This document shows positions 1 through 11,929 of a DNA stretch of 64,000 bases, one piece after another. The first letter of the stretch is position 1. Each line of letters opens with the position of its first letter. The translations under genes and the position numbers were made by a program. Origin of the DNA: Negaprion brevirostris (Eukaryota); contig JARDVH010000115.1 in assembly GCA_030324005.1 (NCBI GenBank), positions 3,694,232 to 3,758,231 on the forward strand, read 5' to 3'. Below the pieces are notes generated by a model, which saw nothing but the letters and a program-made list of their open reading frames with translations, was not told where the DNA came from and made no database searches.

Positions 1-390
1 CACAGGTTGGGAGAGTGTTGCAATGTTGCAAGTGCTGCCTTTTGAATGTACCTTCAATCCAAGGCACAATCTCTCCTCTGTGTGAATGTCAAAGATTCTA
101 CAGCAGTGTTCTAAAGATAAGCAGGCGAGTTCTCCCTGGTGTCCTGGCCAATATTTATCCCTCAATCAACATCACTAAAAAGAGATTATCCTGTCATTAT
201 CAGATTGCTATTTGTGGGAACTTGTTGGGTGAAAAATGTCTGTCACATTTCCTGCATTACAAGAAGTAAATGAATAAAATAAATAAGATATAAATGAATT
301 ACTCTGGTGAATGAATCGGAAAAAGACAGGAAAGTATTTCATTGTCTGTAAAGCATTTCAGGATGTCATGAAAATTGCTATAGAAATGTC
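1..390 (+). mobile_element. LF-SINE-like SINE copy (5' part decayed)
   Basis: Contains gagttctccctggtgtcctggccaatatttatccctcaatcaacatcactaaaa...gattatc..gtcattatca..ttgct.tttgtggga and the tail ctgtaaagcattt..ggatgtc.tgaaa..gctata, matching the LF-SINE consensus as I recall it. Confidence 0.6.
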
Positions 391-405
391 AGTTCCATCA
401 AAAGA

Positions 406-830
406 TCATAAGAAATAGGAGCAAGAGATTCAGCCCATCGAGCTTTAACTTGTGATTGTGGCTTTAACTCCACTTTGCTATCTACCCCTTATGACCCTTG
501 ATTTCCAAGAATCTAACTAACTCAGCCTTGAATATATTCAGTAACCCAGTCCCCTCTGCTCCCTGAGGAAGTGAGTTGCAATACCTAATGATCCTCTGAG
601 AGAAATGAAAATAACCCTTATGTTCTGAACTGTGCTCCCATAGTTCCAGACTTCCCCACAAGGCGAGACATCCTCTCAGCATCCACCCTGTCAAGACCCC
701 TCAGAATCTTATGTTTCAACGACATCATCTCTCAATCTTCGAAACTCCAATTACAATTAGCCAACATACTCAACCTTTCCTCATAAAGCAACCTCTTCAT
801 CCCTGGAATCAATGGAGTGAACCTTCTGAG
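406..830 (-). mobile_element. CR1/HER1-type LINE 3' fragment
   Basis: The minus-strand ORF ends ...LNIFKAELVRFLEIKGHKG, a typical CR1 ORF2 C-terminus. The 3' tail reads cataagaaataggagc on +. Confidence 0.75.
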
Positions 831-1250
831 CCTGAATATGACTGAAAAGAGAGACATGCTGCTGCAGCTTTTCATGTTGCACTCAGATCAAACACGAGAC
901 TGCCAAATTTCAAACACTCACAATAAGGGTGCTGATGGAAGGAAAGTCAACTGATTGGCCATGGTGTTGCCAAGGAGAGAGCTATGGGGAAAACAATAGA
1001 TTCCCCAAGTTCCCAGATAATTCCAAAAGGTGCAAGAATTGAACAGATCCCTTTTGAAAACAGGTGCTTGTGTATGAATGTTTTTCACTTCCAGTAAGCT
1101 TAAATAAGCCAAGCTACAAACTCAATGGATTATCTTAAACTTTTGTTAGTGTAGTTGCTGACAAACTCACAACTTGCCCAATCACAGAATTACATCTAAC
1201 GCTTTGTTTTGGATTTTTTGAGCACTGATTGGTTGAGTTTGGTCTATATC
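830..1250. mobile_element. Penelope-derived-like dispersed repeat
   Basis: Starts gaaaagagagacatgctg..cagcttttcatgttgcactca, the reverse complement of the end at about 8353-8400. Shares ctgattgg..tgttgcca.ggaga with the 8070-8410 copy. Confidence 0.4.
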
Positions 1251-2009
1251 GTGCCGAAACAACATGCTGTTTGATTTAATCAGCTAATTGCTGGGACATT
1301 GGGTCTACATACTTGACATTGTACCAGCTCTGAAATTCACGCACCATGTCGTGTTGTAGGAAAAATGGGACTGATGCAGCATCTTGTTGGTACAAAATAC
1401 CACTGCATAGTCGTGACGTGAAACAGCTGCTTAAACTATTGTTCAAATTTAATGTATACTGGTCACTTTTCAGATCGAAAAGTGGCATCTTTTGTCCAAT
1501 TGTGAGTTTGCATGGCATACAGAAAACAATGACCTGAACTGGATAATCATTGTCCTGCAGGATACCCTTGCTCTATTAAGGGTATTGAGGATTGAGGGGG
1601 GTGNNNNNNNNNNNNNNNNNNNNNNNNNNGGCTCCATGGCCCAAGGACAAGTCATCAGTGGTAGGGGTCTCCCCTCTGCTGGAGGAGTTTCCAATCGCTG
1701 AGGCCTGCCCACTTGGCCTCAGCAAAATTGTTCAATTCTCTTAAACTATATACAACTCTCTGCCATCCCTGCTGAGGCTGATGAGCTGCCAACCCTCTAA
1801 CTGGGCCTGGAAAGTCACCTGTCTTTTTTAATTGGCCAAATCCCCTGGCTGTTGGCTCTTTACTGCAATATCTTTGGAGGTTCCCTCATCCCCCAGGATG
1901 CTGACCATCCAGGAATCTCCCCCATCAAGACTGATTCCACCCAATAAATGGCTCAGTAAAGAATGAAAGAATTGAGGTACAACATAATTCTTAACATGAA
2001 TGCACACAA

Positions 2010-2545
2010 GATAGGACTGGATGGTTCAGGAACACAGTGATTTCAGGTATACAAGTCTATGTTGGTGGAAGGACAAGTTAAGAAAGTTGCTAAAAAAGAC
2101 ATGAGATGCTTTGTTTTATTAATAGAAAAATACAAGTTAAAATCAAAGAAATACCCCGTAAAAAAATTCAAGGCAGATAGAGTAGGGTACTGTGTTCCGT
2201 TCTGGTCACTGCATCTTGGGAAGGATATCAACACATTGGGAAGGGGGTACCAGAGGTTTAGGATAATGATACCAGTATCATGAATGTGGGACTTCAGACA
2301 TGCAGGGAAATTACACAGTTGGCATTATTTTCCTCAGAGCAAAGAAGATTAAAGAGAAATGAATTAGAGGTATTTAAAACTACTAGTAGCTTTGATAGGG
2401 GAAATGAGGAGAAACTGTCTGTACAGGCTTTGGGGAAGGGGTAGTGGTGCAATAACCAGGGAACACAGGCTGAAGATGTTCTGCCTGAGAACCAGAGGGA
2501 AGATGTGTTTTCCACGGCGATCGGTTGTAATATGAAATGCATGAC
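2010..2545 (+). mobile_element. Decayed CR1 LINE 3' fragment
   Basis: Contains YCVPFWSLHLGKDINTLGRGYQRF and LFSSEQRRLK, typical of the CR1 ORF2 C-terminal region. Confidence 0.7.
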
Positions 2546-2552
2546 CTGAAAG

Positions 2553-2667
2553 GTTTGGTTTGATTTGATTTATTATTGTCACATGTATTAGTATACAGTG
2601 AAGAGTATTGTTTCTTGCGCACTGTACAGACAAAGCATATCATACATGGAGAAAAGGGGAGGGTACA
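2553..2667 (-). mobile_element. Rex-Babar LINE 3' end
   Basis: tgatttgatttattattgtcacatgtattagtatacagtgaa is the reverse complement of the 3' end of the 9330-10770 element. Confidence 0.7.
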
Positions 2668-3843
2668 NNNNNNNNNNNNNNNNNNNNNNNNNNNNNNNNN
2701 NNNNNNNNNNNNNNNNNNNNNNNNNNNNNNNNNNNNNNNNNNNNNNNNNNNNNNNNNNNNNNNNNNNTGTCCAGCTTCTTCCCACCTACACTTTTCAACA
2801 CCCTCTGTCATTTTAACAGATTTAAGTTTCACGCCCCATTCAACAGTCATTCCCTAAACAGCCTGAGGGCACTCTCCTCCTTAAGCAGAGCTCTGAGCAG
2901 CCCCCGCCAGCACTCTGTGAACCCCCTTACCTCATCCCATAGCCAGAGCAATGTAACATCCCTGTGCCTGGGAACAGCACTTCCAGCACTAAATCAACTC
3001 CCCCACCCACCCAGCAACTTTGCAGCCCTTACCTCTACACCCCTCCACCCCCACACTCCGGGGGCTGCAGCTCCATAGCATTTACCTCCTTGCTCCTCCT
3101 CAGCGCTGCCCACGCTTTTATTGAGCAGTTGTAAATGATGGCATGACATCACGCTGGAGAGGGGGGAGAAGCTAGTGGAGGTGGGGAGACTGCTGTCCCA
3201 AAGTCGCTAGTTATACGTTAGGGTTTGGAAGCAGATTTAAATTGCTGCCACATTGATTTCTAACACGAACCTGCTTGTGCTAAAAGTCGAAGCCTGGGAG
3301 ACTCACCGAGGCTTGGGCGCCTGGCGTGAATCCTGCTAAAGGACCCCTGCTCATGTCTCCCGGCCCACTACACTACTCGAGCTGCGCAGCAGCCTGAGAG
3401 AACCCTGGCCTTTGTTTGCCTCCCTTCCGGTGCGAATGATGAGAATTGCGAACGGTTATTATTTTGGCACTGAACCACTGTTTTTTGGGAAGGGTTCCAC
3501 ATCGGGGATCAATTGAGGTTAGAGTCCAGATGAGTAGTGCTGGCATTGCTGTAGATCGGAACAGTCACCTGTTCCTCTAGTTTCGCCAGGAGGACTCAGG
3601 AGGAAGGGGGGGATGGTAGCGGGAACACTCACATACTGACCAGGCCCAGTAGATCAAGGCTGATATTGCTGCAGGTTCATGTACAACAGCTTTATACATT
3701 TAGATAGTGCTTGAAGCAAAAGATATGGAATAACAAGATAATTAATTGCCCCAGTAAAATTCTCAGTGAATGCTCATAAATTAGAGCATTGCCTGGCGGA
3801 ACAACAGTCAGTTAAACACCATAAGACCCTGAACTTTACTCAC

Positions 3844-3998
3844 CACTGGAGAAGGTTTTTTACCAATTTCTCTAGGGCAAAGGACAGTAATTTGTCAATC
3901 GCTGGCTGACTGAAATGATTAAGATAATACGTTTCCAAATAATTCCGAGAGTTAAACTTCTTCTCATAAAAATCAGCAACAGTGTAACTTGACTCCAT
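3844..3998 (-). CDS. NNMT: First coding exon of an NNMT/INMT/PNMT-family SAM-dependent N-methyltransferase (NNMT-like); downstream exons not found in the window
   Basis: MESSYTVADFYEKKFNSRNYLETYY...LLSFALEKLVK aligns to the NNMT N-terminus ([25 protein letters not shown]...LLKNLFKIF). Good Kozak context (acgATGG) and a consensus donor G|GTGAGT at 3843. NNMT versus INMT orthology is unresolved. Confidence 0.8.
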
Positions 3999-4039
3999 CG
4001 TGTCTGCAACTGGAATGTTGACTGGTCGCAGGCTGCATT

Positions 4040-4110
4040 GCAACAGTCCAATCCCCTCGAAATGAGGCGGGGCTTCATAAAAAAGCTCCTTTTAAACACT
4101 TTTATTTTGA
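4040..4110 (-). promoter_or_regulatory. Candidate proximal promoter of the NNMT-like gene
   Basis: A GC box (ccccgcc on -, about 4066-4072), a CCAAT (4048-4052 on +) and AT-rich TTTAAAA lie 50-110 nt upstream of the ATG. Their order relative to a TSS is unverified. Confidence 0.3.
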
Positions 4111-4195
4111 AAAGGGGGGCATTCCTCATGAAATGCACACCATTGTTCTCACAGCCACTCATAAAAGTCATGTGATGATCATGTAGCAGAGACAG

Positions 4196-4588
4196 GAGCA
4201 CCACAGTGGCACAGTGGTCAGCACTCCTGCCCCACAGTGCCAGGGACCCGGGTTCAATTCTGGCCTCGGGCCACTATCTGTGTGGAGTTTGCACATTCTC
4301 CCCATGTCTGCCTGGGTTTCCTCCGGGTATTCCGGTTTCCTCCCACACTCCAAAGATGTAGAGGTTAGGCTTTTTGGCCATGCTAAATTGCCTCTTGGTG
4401 TCCCAAGATGTGTAGTTTGGGGGATTAGAGGAGTAAATACATGGGTTTACGGGAAACAGGTCTGGGTGGGATTGCCCCTTCCTGTCAGAAGGGTTACAAG
4501 GATGGGGCCTGGTTGGGACTGTTGTCAGTGCATATTTGATGGGTTGAATGGCCTTCTTCTGCACTGTAGGGATTCTATGGCGTCTATG
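4196..4588 (+). mobile_element. HE1-type tRNA-derived V-SINE
   Basis: tRNA-like head (gtggcacagtggtcagcac...gggttcaattc), V-domain tgtgtggagtttgcacattctccccatgtctgc, and LINE-derived tail aatggccttcttctgcactgtagggattctatg. Confidence 0.85.
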
Positions 4589-4646
4589 GACATATTGGGC
4601 ACACTATCATATAAATTATAGGAAGGAAATAGAGATTTGGTATAAA

Positions 4647-5422
4647 TGTAATGAACTTTTTTCAAACATAAACTAATATAGATGTATAGATTATACATCT
4701 TAATAGTAATTTATTTAATCTCAAACAAGCCAGAATTCTCTACCAAAGCAAGATTACTGTAGGTAAATCATTTTGTTATCGGACAACAAATTTTATGAAA
4801 TTGGGCACACAATACGGAAGCAGACTAAAGTAACACTCAGAGCCTCTCCACTAAAAATCACAAAGTAACAGACACAGATTAGCAGGCAAGAGCATGCTTT
4901 TAGAATGCAAATGAGGGCTAGCACACAAGGGAAGCTGGACAGGATGGCACCTACAGGAACTAAATCCCCACCCCATCAAAATCAGCACTTCTAAAACAGT
5001 CAAACAACCCATGGAGACACCTAAAATTAACACAGTTAAGGAAACGTTCTTGCCCCCTCAAACCTCTTTTGAGATCAATGACACACCTATGGTTCAAACC
5101 CCGGAGATTCTAGACCGTTGATAACCAATCAGACAAAACAATTAACACACACTTAAAACAATTTCCTCAACACTTGGAAACATGGAGACAGAGTGGCTAA
5201 GGTTGAATACTGTAAACAAAGTATTAGCATTTAAATCACATACTGCACCGAAGTTCAGGTATAACTATAGCCTGCTGAGAGGGACCATTAGAGCACTTTT
5301 GGGACAGTCCGATTGTATGTCCTGACTGTGCTTCTCCGTCAATGTAAAAAGAAAATAAAGCGGTGCCGTTATTGAACTTCACCCTGAGTCCGTAGTGGTC
5401 GTTTCACCCACTCACACTAACA
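4647..5422 (+). mobile_element. Candidate solo LTR
   Basis: Non-repetitive-looking block with TG start, TATA-like tataactata (about 5260), AATAAA (about 5354) and a U5-like end ...cacactaaCA. No TSD seen, and the 5' boundary is uncertain. Confidence 0.35.
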
Positions 5423-5690
5423 CATTGGTGGGCTTTCTTGGTGGGACCAGGACAGGTTGTTGGTGATCTAGATACCTCAAAATCTGAAGCTTTCAATCAT
5501 TTGCACTTCATTACCATTGATGTAGATAAGGGCATGTCTTGGTCTACACTTCTTGAAGTCGATGTCTATCTCCTTCATTTTATTGATATTGAGGAAAAGA
5601 TTATTGTCATCACACCAGTTCACCAGATTCTCTATCTCTTTCCTGTACTGTCTCATTTGAGATCCGACCCACTACGGTGGTATCAACAGA
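5423..5690 (-). mobile_element. Rex-Babar LINE fragment
   Basis: Reverse complement of the RT C-terminal region seen at about 9950-10230. Confidence 0.7.
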
Positions 5691-6949
5691 CTGCTCAAGT
5701 CATGCTTAATGTATTCAACACTTCAGCTGTTTGGCTTTATGCCTTACTTTTTTTTAAACTAAAAATATACTTTCACATTGAGCCTTCATTGCCTGTATTT
5801 GGAAGGATTTGGCGTTGAGGATTTTTAAAATTAATCTTTGGATGAAGTCAGTTGTGTTTGAAAAAAAAGTCAACTAATTGTACCGCAAAGAGATAGGTCA
5901 GTTCTGCAAAATCTTTGAGTATGTATTGCAGGAGAAAGGGAGAGGAATCAGTTCAGATTAAAGTGTAGGGTTTTTATGCTCTATTTTAACTTGGGCAACG
6001 ACAGGGGGGGATTCAGGGCTGGGGGGAGATAGATCTGTTTGGCCCTTTCAGAACATGAGGCATTTTTAATATCTGGACTTTGTTTACTCTCATTCGGATA
6101 TGTTTTGAGAAATATTAATGGGAATGTGACTCCAAGATAGGATGGGGAGGGGGTGTGGTTGTGAGTGTTGGGTGGAAGGTGGGTCAGAGCAGTCACAGGA
6201 CAGTCCCTAAAAAGGTCAATGAAAAACTGAGAGGAGTGAGAAACTAACTGGAAAGCCTGTGATCAGGGTGGGGTCAGGAGAAGTAAGAGCGTTCCTCTTG
6301 CCAGTAGACTAGCGATGTCGTCCAAAGAGAACAGGAGAGGAATTTGGCTTAACATCTCAACCAGAAGGCAGAACGTCCAAACAGTCAGTACTGTCAGGCT
6401 ACTGTCCTGGGAACAAATGCGCTCAAATGTCTGAACAGGGGCTTTAAATCTTTAACCTCAGTAGAGAGAGTTCTATCAAGTAAACCACAACACAGAAGCT
6501 CAGGGAGTTGGTTTAGATAAGCAATGGTGAATGTCCTTTCAAGAAACTAGAAATAATGGAATCAAATTAAATTAATTCATCCACCAGGAAACATTGGGTA
6601 CAAAAGCATTGCTCTAACTCTCCAGGATATCCTTTTTGAGTAAATGGCTCAGGATCACAGTTGTAGACACAAATTAAAAATAGTCTGAGTTTTGCTATCC
6701 AGCCTGTTTTATTTCAAACTTTACATTCCATTTTCATCGCAATGTGACTGCACTGGAGAACTTACTTCACTAACATTAGAATGCAACAGTCAAACACGAG
6801 ACAATCTACCTGGGTTCTAACAAATCCCCTCAAAATCCAACTAAATCACACTATTACTCAAAAGGACATACAACTGACAATTTCCTGGAATTTGAGCCTT
6901 CATCATGACAGAAGTTGTGTAACAGTTTTCTCTAGATTACTTGCATCAC

Positions 6950-8060
6950 TTCCAGAATGTTGATTTATTCTTTCACAGGATGTGGGCATTGTTGGCTGGC
7001 CAGCATTTATTGCCCATCCCAAATAGCCCTTGAGAAGGTGGTGGCGAGCTGTCTTCTCAAACTGCTGCAGTCCATATGGTGTAGGTACATCCATAGTGAT
7101 GTTAGGAAGGGAGTTGCAGGATTTTGACCAAGCGCCAGTGAAAGACTGGTGATATATTTCCAAGTCCAAGGGCTGCACAGTGGCACAGTGATTAGCAGTG
7201 CTGCTCCAGGGGCCTGGGTTTGATTCCAGGCTCAGGTCACTGTCTGTGTGGAGTTTGCACATTCTCCTCATGTGTGCGTGGGTTTCCTCTCAGTCCATAG
7301 ATGTGTGGGTTAGGTTTATTGGCCATGCTAAAATTGTTCCTTAATGTCCTGAGCTGTGTAGGTTAGAAGGATTAGTAGGCAAATATGTAGGGATATGGGG
7401 GTAGAGCATGGGGGGATTGTGGTCGGTGCAGACACAATGGGCCAAATGGCCTCTTTCTGCACTGTAGGGTTTCTATGGTTCTAAAATCAGGATGGTGAGT
7501 GGCTTGAAGGGCAACTTGCAGGTGGTGGTATCCCCATGTGTCTGCTGTCCTTGTCCTTCTCAATGGTAATGTTGTGGGTCTGAAGGTGCTATCCAAGGAT
7601 CCTTAGGCAGGATTTTCTGGCCGAATACACCCCGAGCCAGAGAACCCTTCCCAAGGTCAATAGACCTTTTGATGGTCTGTGTCCTACCCACCACAAATTC
7701 CTGTGGCAGACGGGATAGGAAATTTCACCTGCTGTCCTTTTTCTTAGATGTGATGGAATTCACAGGTTTGAAAAGTACTGTTGAAACAGTCTTGGTGAGT
7801 TGCTGCAGGGCATCTTGTAGATGGTACACACAGCTGCCGTAAGCTGTATCCATGATGGAAGGAGGGAATATTTAAGGTAGTAAGTGGGGTGCCAATCAAG
7901 CAGGGCTGACTTTTTTCCCGGATGGCGTCAAGCTTCTTGAGCATTGCTGGAACTGCATTCATCCAGGCAAGTGGAAAGTATTTCATTACACCTAACTTGT
8001 GCCTTGTAGATGATGGACAGGCTTTGGAGAGTAAGGAGGCGAGTTACCTGCCATAGCTTG
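6950..8060 (-). mobile_element. CR1-clade LINE 3' fragments (second family) with nested SINE
   Basis: Same family as 34730-36050, sharing the tail gggatgggcaataaatgctggcc. The minus ORF reads EYFPLAWMNAVPAMLKKLDAI. Confidence 0.65.
7170..7480 (+). mobile_element. HE1-type V-SINE nested in a LINE
   Basis: Same head, V-domain and tail as 4196-4588. The host LINE text ttccaagtc...aggatggtgagtgg resumes after it. Confidence 0.85.
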
Positions 8061-8069
8061 TCCTGTCTA

Positions 8070-8410
8070 CAGCCTGGTCGATGGTAAACTGATTGCCAAA
8101 TTATAAAGGGAACAACAAGTTATATTGCATGAGAAAAGTGGTAATTGGTTGGAAAATGGATTCTGATTGGTAGAGATGTTGCCATGGAGAATGTGCCAGT
8201 TAACAGATAACTGACCATTAACTGCCAAGCTTTGTTTAAATTCAAACCAGGTAGGATAACTATGATTGGACAAGGCATTTCCCTGGGGAATAAACTCTTC
8301 TTATGTAGAATCAATTGTAGCTGCCTTTATATTTGTCATTCTTAAGGATTAACCTGATGAGTGTAAGATGAAAAATTTTGACTGCACGTGTCCTTTTTCA
8401 GAAATACCAA
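8070..8410 (+). mobile_element. Penelope-derived-like repeat ending in a CTGATGA...GAAA motif
   Basis: Homologous to 830-1250. Terminal sequence cctgatgagtgtaagatgaaaaattttgac. Confidence 0.4.
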
Positions 8411-9329
8411 AGCATTATTAGTCAGTTGATAATAACTCCGCTCAGATTCCAGCCTGAGGAAGATTTAAACAACAAGGTCTTTTGATGGAGCTTTTTTCAG
8501 AGACCAAGTGTTAAGCTGGCTTTCACATGAGGGACTTCCCTTCTTAAATTATGGCTTAGCTAATACAAAGACTTGCAGAGGTGGTATTCTGGTTAAAAGA
8601 TGTTTCTTTATTTCCCAGGCCTGGTTCAAACATAAGGTGTGTAGCAATCCAAAAATCACAAAGTACGTCACTTTCAGTTATTACAATTATACTATTTTCA
8701 AAAATTACTTNNNNNNNNNNNGCTCACCCCAGCAGAGTGTGAGCCAATTAGTAGCATGGGTTATTTACCATGGCCAACAACATTTACTCTGACAGCATGG
8801 AAATACATGAGTTTGTGGACTTTGGAAGTTTTTCCTTCACAGCCTCCTAACATTTAGGCTTTCCCTTATCTTGTGTAATGTATGGTCTATTCATTTAGTC
8901 TTTGAGAACTCTAGTGGTCCTTGGAATACCACCTAGAGACGCCGATAAGAATTGCCTTTTTCCCTTCACTCAGTAGCTGTATTGTTCCAAAGAACATTAG
9001 GGAGGGAGTTGTAAGATTTTGACCAAGTCCCAGTGAAAGAATGGCGATATACTTCCAAGTCAGGAAGGTGAGTGATTGGAGGGCAACTTGTAAGTGGTGG
9101 TGTACCCATGTGTCTGCTGCCCTTGTCCTTCGATGGTAGTGGTTGTGGGTTTGAAGGTGCTGTCCAAGGAACCTTAGGCAGGATTTTCTAGCCACATTCA
9201 CCACTGCTTTTTATTTGACTAAGTCCCATCATGCCTTTGATCATTGTGCCATTGACCAAGGTGTACGCTTTTAATATAGAATATTCAGAAATACATGTCT
9301 AAATTTTCTCAGTGGTTATGTCTGAGGTC

Positions 9330-10770
9330 ACTGTTGCAGATGTCAGAGCAGTCTTCGAAAGTCAACTCTGAAAGTGACTGGCCTGGATGGGATACCCAGA
9401 TGAGACTCAGATTCTGCACGGATCAGCTGGCAGGGATACTTGCAGACATCTTCAACCTCTTTACAACAATCTGAGGTCCGTATCTGCTTCAAGAAGATGA
9501 AAACCATTCGGGTACCAAAGCAAAACCAAGCAATGTGCCTTAATGACTATCATCTGGTGGTTCTGACATCTGTCATTATGACATGCTTCAAATAGCTAGT
9601 CATGGTATGAATCAATTCCAGCCTCCCAGACTACCTGGATCCACTACAGTTCACTGACCGCCACAACAGGTCCACAGCAGACACAGCTCCTTGGCTCTGC
9701 ACTCAATCCTGGAACACCTGGATAACAAAGACACCTAGGTCAGACTCTTATTTATTGACTACAGCTCAACCTTCAACACCATTATTCCTAGAAAACTCAC
9801 CTCCAAACTCCACGGCCTGGGCCTTGGCTCCTTCCTCTGTGACTGGATCTGGAAATTCCTAACCCACAGACCACAAACAGTAAGGATAAGCAACAAGACC
9901 TCCTTCACGACCGATGCCCCACAAGGCTCCAAATCGATTTTCAAGTTTGCTGACCACACCACCGTATTGGGGTTGGACCTCAAACAATGTTGTGTATAGG
10001 AATGACAGAATCTGATGAACTGGTGTGGCAACAATAATCTCTCCCCCAATGTCAACAAAAGGAAGGAGATTGTCATTGACTTCAGGAAGCGTAGTGGAGA
10101 ACATGACCCTGTCTACATCAATGGGGATGAAGTTGAAATGGTCGAAAGTTTCAGATTTTTAGGTCCAGAATGCCAACATCCTGTCCTGGATCCCCACGCC
10201 AACACAATAGTTAAGAAAGCCCACCAATGTCTCTACTTTAAGAACATAAGAACTAGAAGCNNNNNNNNNNNNNNNNNNNNNNNNNNNNNNNNNNNNNNNN
10301 NNNNNNNNNNNNNNNNNNNNNNNNNNNNNNNNNNNNNNNNNNNNNNNNNNNNNNNNNNNNNNNNNNNNNNNNNNNNNNNNNNNNNNNNNNNNNNNNNNNN
10401 NNNNNNNNNNNNNNNNNNNNNNNNNNNNNNNNNNNNNNNNNNNNNNNNNNNNNNNNNTCAAAGCAGCCAGCATAATTAAGGATTCCACACACCCTGGACA
10501 TTCTCTCTTCCACCATCTTCCGTCAGGAAAAAGATACAAAAGTCTGAGGTCACATACCAACCAACTCAAAAGCAGCATCTTCCCTGCTGCCATTAGACTT
10601 TTGAATGGACCTACCTTGCATTCAGCTGATCTTTCTCTACACCCTCGCTATGACGGTAACACTACATTCTGCACTCTAGTTTCCTTCTTTGTGAATAGTA
10701 CGCTTTGTCTGTATAGCAAGAAACAATATTTTTCGCTGTATACTAATACATGTGACAATAATTAATCAAA
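9330..10770 (+). mobile_element. Rex-Babar (Rex1-like) LINE, 5'-truncated, frameshifted RT
   Basis: Translations include GLDGIP..CTDQLAGILADIFN, IRVPKQNQAMCLNDY, LEHLDNKDT.VRLLFIDYSSTFNTIIP and WCGNNNLSPNVNKRKEIVIDFRK, followed by a 3' tail (..aattaatcaaa). Confidence 0.85.
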
Positions 10771-11414
10771 TATATGTGTTGCTTTGCAAATAGGTATCTT
10801 TGTAAGATATATTTCAGGCACTTTGACTTCACTCTAAACTAATCTACTCTGATTTGTTAGTATTTCAGTCCCAGGTTATTCTGAACCCTCTTACATCTAC
10901 ACAGTGATTCATAACAATGCATAGGTTTTATGTAAAAGTTCTACAGGAATGTCAAAATGACATGCAAATCATAAAACCTGTTACTCAGGCCTGCAAAGAC
11001 CACTTTCTATGCTATGGACTGAATCTGTGGCTGTGGGCTTCCAACTATTTGGAAACACTCAAACNNNNNNNNNNAGCACAGTGACCAGCTCTCCAGGTCC
11101 ATGCATGGCTTCTGACAACTCCAGGAAAGTCTGTACATGGAAAGGGAGAGAGAATGGGCAAGACGGAAATCAATGCTGGAGATTTCTCAGAATGCTTGAC
11201 TGGTAGTGACCATTTATGAAGCTGTTCACTTCTTGCGAACACTTTCCCCTTCGATGATTATGTTTAATGTTGGTGAAATCTCTCAATTGAGAGAATGTTG
11301 CATTCACAATTCAACCTCTACTCCGCCGTCTTTACATCTGTGTCAATTTTCTTTCTAGTGAAAGAGTTGCTGATGGATAATTATGTCTCTCCTCCGTTTC
11401 TGTGGCACCATTGG

Positions 11415-11630
11415 AGAATCTTTGGAATTCTTTACCCCAGCAAACTGCTAAGGCCTTGAATATTTTCAGGGCCGAGATCGATAGGTTTTTAATCAGTTGG
11501 GGAATTAAGGATTATGGAGAGAAGGCAGGTAAGTGGACTTTGTTAGATCAGCCACAATTTCATGAAATGACAGAGCAGGCTCGCAGGATTAATGGCCTCC
11601 TCCTGCTCCTATTTTTGTGGTCTCATGGTC
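11415..11630 (+). mobile_element. CR1 LINE 3' end
   Basis: NLWNSLPQQTAKALNIFRAEIDRFLISWGIKDYG, followed by the 3' UTR ggcctcctcctgctcctattt. Confidence 0.8.
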
Positions 11631-11929
11631 TTGTCTTAACACTGATTCACCCTCGAAGTCCTGCAAGAAGAATGTTGTTAATGTACCAGTCACTATCTTT
11701 CCGCTCTTCAATCAGCTCACATCCTATTAACTTCATCCTCTGTGCCCAAACAAGTCCTTGTGCATTTTATAACATATACCATGAAAACAAAACAATGCAT
11801 CAGACATCCTTAAATGAAGCCTCAGTGTTGGGAATAGCCAGTGGGAACTCAGTGACAGCCATTGAGGAAATCAGGATGGGGCCAGGTTTGAAGAAAGAAA
11901 GATAAGGTCATCAGAAAGTAGGTGTAGAT

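Noticed and set aside
3060-3480. CpG island promoter
   Set aside because: It lies in intron 1 of the NNMT-like gene next to a gap and resembles GC-rich shark MITE-like repeats. No exon signal was found.
4196-4270. tRNA gene (also at 7170, 35450, 62277)
   Set aside because: These are tRNA-derived SINE heads that continue into V-domain and LINE-like tails.
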